From positions 208 to 64,207 of the forward strand of contig JACQQS010000052.1 of the NCBI GenBank assembly GCA_016206925.1: DNA of 64,000 nucleotides, written 5' to 3'. A program made the position numbers and the translations under genes. Below, piece by piece: positions 62,120 through 64,000 of the stretch; the first letter of the stretch is position 1; each line of letters opens with the position of its first letter. This DNA is from Candidatus Omnitrophota bacterium (GTDB taxonomy: Bacteria; Omnitrophota; Omnitrophia; Omnitrophales; JACQQS01). The notes beneath the pieces were generated by a model. It saw only the letters and a list, made by a program, of their open reading frames with translations, did not search any database and was not told the DNA's origin.

Positions 62120-63206
62120 TCCTTTTGGCATCGGGGACGTTTTATTTACCGTTCCATTGCTGAAGGCTTTGCGCAAAAATGGCGTAAAGCGGATTGACGT
62201 TATTTTAGGCTCCAGGACCGGTGAAGTTTTGCGCCATACGCCTTACGTAGACGAAATCATTTCAATCGATAAAGACGGCTTGAAGCAATCGTCGTTTTGG
62301 AAAGTGGCCTCATACATTATCCGGTTACTGATAAAGTTAAGGGCGCGCCGGTACGATACCTTAATCGATCTGTCTCTTACGCGGGAATATGCTTTTTGGT
62401 CCGCGTTTGTTCTGGGAATCAGGAGGAGAGCAGGGTTCGATTATAAAGGACGGGGAATATTCCTTACAGAACGAATCCGTATGAGCGAAGGCTTTACCGG
62501 CAAACATGTGATGGAATTCTACAAAGATTTGGCGGCGTTGCTGTCGTTGGACATATCCGAATTTCATCTGGAATGGCATACCAACTCAGATGAAGAAAGA
62601 ACGGCTTTCGATAAAGTTTCGCAGGCAGGCCTCGACACCGTACTTCCGTTCCTGGCCGTGGCTCCCGGCGGGGGGGCGAGCTGGGGAAAAGATGCTGTTT
62701 TCAAACAATGGGCTCCTGAAAAGTTTGCGCGTTTTCTCTTCTATTTGTCGCGCGAATGGGAAGTAGGGTGCGCGGTCATTATTGGTTCTGAAGACGAAAA
62801 AGGTTTGGCTGCCCGGTTGAAACAATCGTGCCCGCTAAATATTTTCGATCTGACCGGAAAGCTTTCTATCGGCGAGACGGCTGCTTTAGTTCGGAAGAGC
62901 ATATGCTTTGTGGGTAATGATGGCGGCCTTTTACATTTGGCAAAGGCCGTGGGGCGCCCGACCATTTCAATTTTTGGCCCGGTTGATGATCGTATCTATG
63001 GCCCTTTTCCAAAGGTGGATGAAGACGCCGTAATTTTTCACCGCCGGCTCGACTGCAGGCCTTGCTACCGGAAATTCCGGTACCGGAGCGATTGTGAGCA
63101 CCGGGCCTGTTTGACCGAGCTCGGCGTTGATGAGGCTCTGCGCCAGTTGAAGGAGCAGCCATTCATCCAGCGTATGAAGGCAAGATTCTATGAAACGGCC
63201 CGTTAA
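62097..63206 (+). CDS. GT9-family glycosyltransferase 5 of 5
   Basis: 369 aa. MLNVLLVNPFGIGDVLFTVPLLKALRKNG and NDGGLLHLAKAVG. Confidence 0.8.
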   Translation: MLNVLLVNPFGIGDVLFTVPLLKALRKNGVKRIDVILGSRTGEVLRHTPYVDEIISIDKDGLKQSSFWKVASYIIRLLIKLRARRYDTLIDLSLTREYAFWSAFVLGIRRRAGFDYKGRGIFLTERIRMSEGFTGKHVMEFYKDLAALLSLDISEFHLEWHTNSDEERTAFDKVSQAGLDTVLPFLAVAPGGGASWGKDAVFKQWAPEKFARFLFYLSREWEVGCAVIIGSEDEKGLAARLKQSCPLNIFDLTGKLSIGETAALVRKSICFVGNDGGLLHLAKAVGRPTISIFGPVDDRIYGPFPKVDEDAVIFHRRLDCRPCYRKFRYRSDCEHRACLTELGVDEALRQLKEQPFIQRMKARFYETAR

Positions 63207-64000
63207 CGTTTTCGCGAGCGCGGCGCTCTTTTCCTTTTTGTTGCTGGCTTCGCCGGTGATGCCGCTCGGTTTCGAAGGAATATCCGGCGTACCGTTGATC
63301 TCTCCCCCGCCTGCGCTACGTCTAACCCCGATTGAAGTTGGCGAACACGCACAAATTTGTTTCCGGTGGCTTGGGGTTACGGTTGCGTGGGGTGAGGTAT
63401 TACTCAAAGAGATGATCAAGCACCGCGGGCACGATGTTTGGCATGTTGTGTTGACCGTAAAAACGACGCGTTTTCTTGACTTCTTGTTTCCGGTCAGAGA
63501 TGAATATCACTCCTTTATCGATGTGGAGAACTTGCAGTCGCTCCGATTCGAGAAAATAGTTCAGGAAGGCGATTATCGCGCAGATGAGGTTGTGGAGTAT
63601 GATCATGAAAATCGGATCGGCCGCTATTTTTCCCGCTTTAATAAATCTGAAAAAACGTTTCTGACCGATACTCCCGTTCTTGATCCCATCGCGGCTGTGT
63701 ATTGGTTCCGGTCGCATATTCCAATGAGCGTTGGCAAGATCATAGATGTGCCTGTTAACTATGATGAAAACAATTGGTATGTTCGCGTGCCCATGGTCAG
63801 CAGAGAGACGCTTGATGCGGATGAACCTTCTCAGAAAAACGTCATCAAGATGAAACCCTATATCACAAATCTGGGAAATCACATCCACGAATGGGATGAA
63901 ACGCACCGGGAAATGCTTACGGGAAGCAAGATAACCGTTTGGGTCGAAGAGGGCGGGCATCGCATACCGCTTAAAGTTCATGTGAAAGTGCCCCTTATAG
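63190..64000 (+). CDS. DUF3108-like secreted protein (partial, runs off the window)
   Basis: Frame translated by hand from the ATG at 63190; it stays open for 270 codons to the window end, so it is absent from the track. Signal peptide MKRPVNVFASAALFSFLLLASP. DUF3108-like blocks FLFPVRDEYHSFID, LDPIAAVYWFR and ITVWVEEGGHRIPLKV. Confidence 0.6.
   Translation, partial: MKRPVNVFASAALFSFLLLASPVMPLGFEGISGVPLISPPPALRLTPIEVGEHAQICFRWLGVTVAWGEVLLKEMIKHRGHDVWHVVLTVKTTRFLDFLFPVRDEYHSFIDVENLQSLRFEKIVQEGDYRADEVVEYDHENRIGRYFSRFNKSEKTFLTDTPVLDPIAAVYWFRSHIPMSVGKIIDVPVNYDENNWYVRVPMVSRETLDADEPSQKNVIKMKPYITNLGNHIHEWDETHREMLTGSKITVWVEEGGHRIPLKVHVKVPLI

Noticed and set aside
63400-63981. 193-aa minus-strand ORF at the end of the window.
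   Set aside because: The + strand frame from the ATG at 63190 is open to the window end and encodes a signal peptide plus DUF3108-like blocks. The minus-strand ORF has no recognisable features.
1-64000. Search by eye for tRNA (GGTTCGAATCC-type T-arms), rRNA, tmRNA/SRP/RNase P signatures, CRISPR repeats, transposases and prophage genes.
   Set aside because: Nothing convincing was found. GTTCGA occurrences at 24261 and 46974 lack tRNA-like stems. A proper tRNAscan/Infernal run is still needed to exclude small RNAs.

Overview
64-kb chromosomal window from an LPS-making (Gram-negative type) bacterium, roughly 50% GC by eye, with most genes on the + strand. All family calls come from reading motifs in the supplied translations; no database or HMM search was run.

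Gene content, in order:
- Carbamoyltransferase, an ACT-domain protein, the PntAA/PntAB/PntB transhydrogenase, and orphan CoxIII/CoxIV-like subunits.
- GltB and GltD, split by an inserted four-helix-bundle (23S-IVS/Avd-like) gene.
- An AT-richer accessory islet: deoxyinosine/UDG-like glycosylase, wHTH-MNT plus frameshifted HEPN, HicBA, and two decayed genes.
- A secreted PF10091/GH144-like glycosidase, an M14 carboxypeptidase, a short RecN, BolA, RtcB, LeuDC and MsrB.
- A glucan-type locus: Eda-like protein lacking its catalytic residues, a glycogen-debranching-type enzyme, and a 1247-aa secreted GH144-like protein.
- IlvD, divergent from an ilvB-ilvN-ilvC-leuA-aroE-pilD / aroC-aroK-aroB gene string.
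- DprA ... ThiS-like, TopA, XerC.
- A lipid A/LPS-core cluster with three gene fusions (WaaA-LpxK, LpxL-ELM1-like, GT4-GT9) and five consecutive GT9 domains, then a partial DUF3108 gene.

No rRNA, tRNA, CRISPR array, transposase or integrase other than XerC was seen.

Most unusual non-coding signals:
1. Four intercistronic cassettes whose arms are 7-nt-periodic arrays. The arms are complementary within a copy but unrelated between copies, and one cassette carries the four-helix-bundle gene.
2. A two-copy, roughly 90-100-bp nested-hairpin element with conserved inverted termini. It sits exactly at gene junctions and is read into annotated ORFs.
3. A 137-bp element bounded by perfect 18-bp inverted repeats that supplies the 3' end of leuD.
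4. A duplicated recN promoter plus first 14 codons bracketing the M14 peptidase gene. The resident RecN also lacks the segment that normally carries the HGQH/Q-loop.
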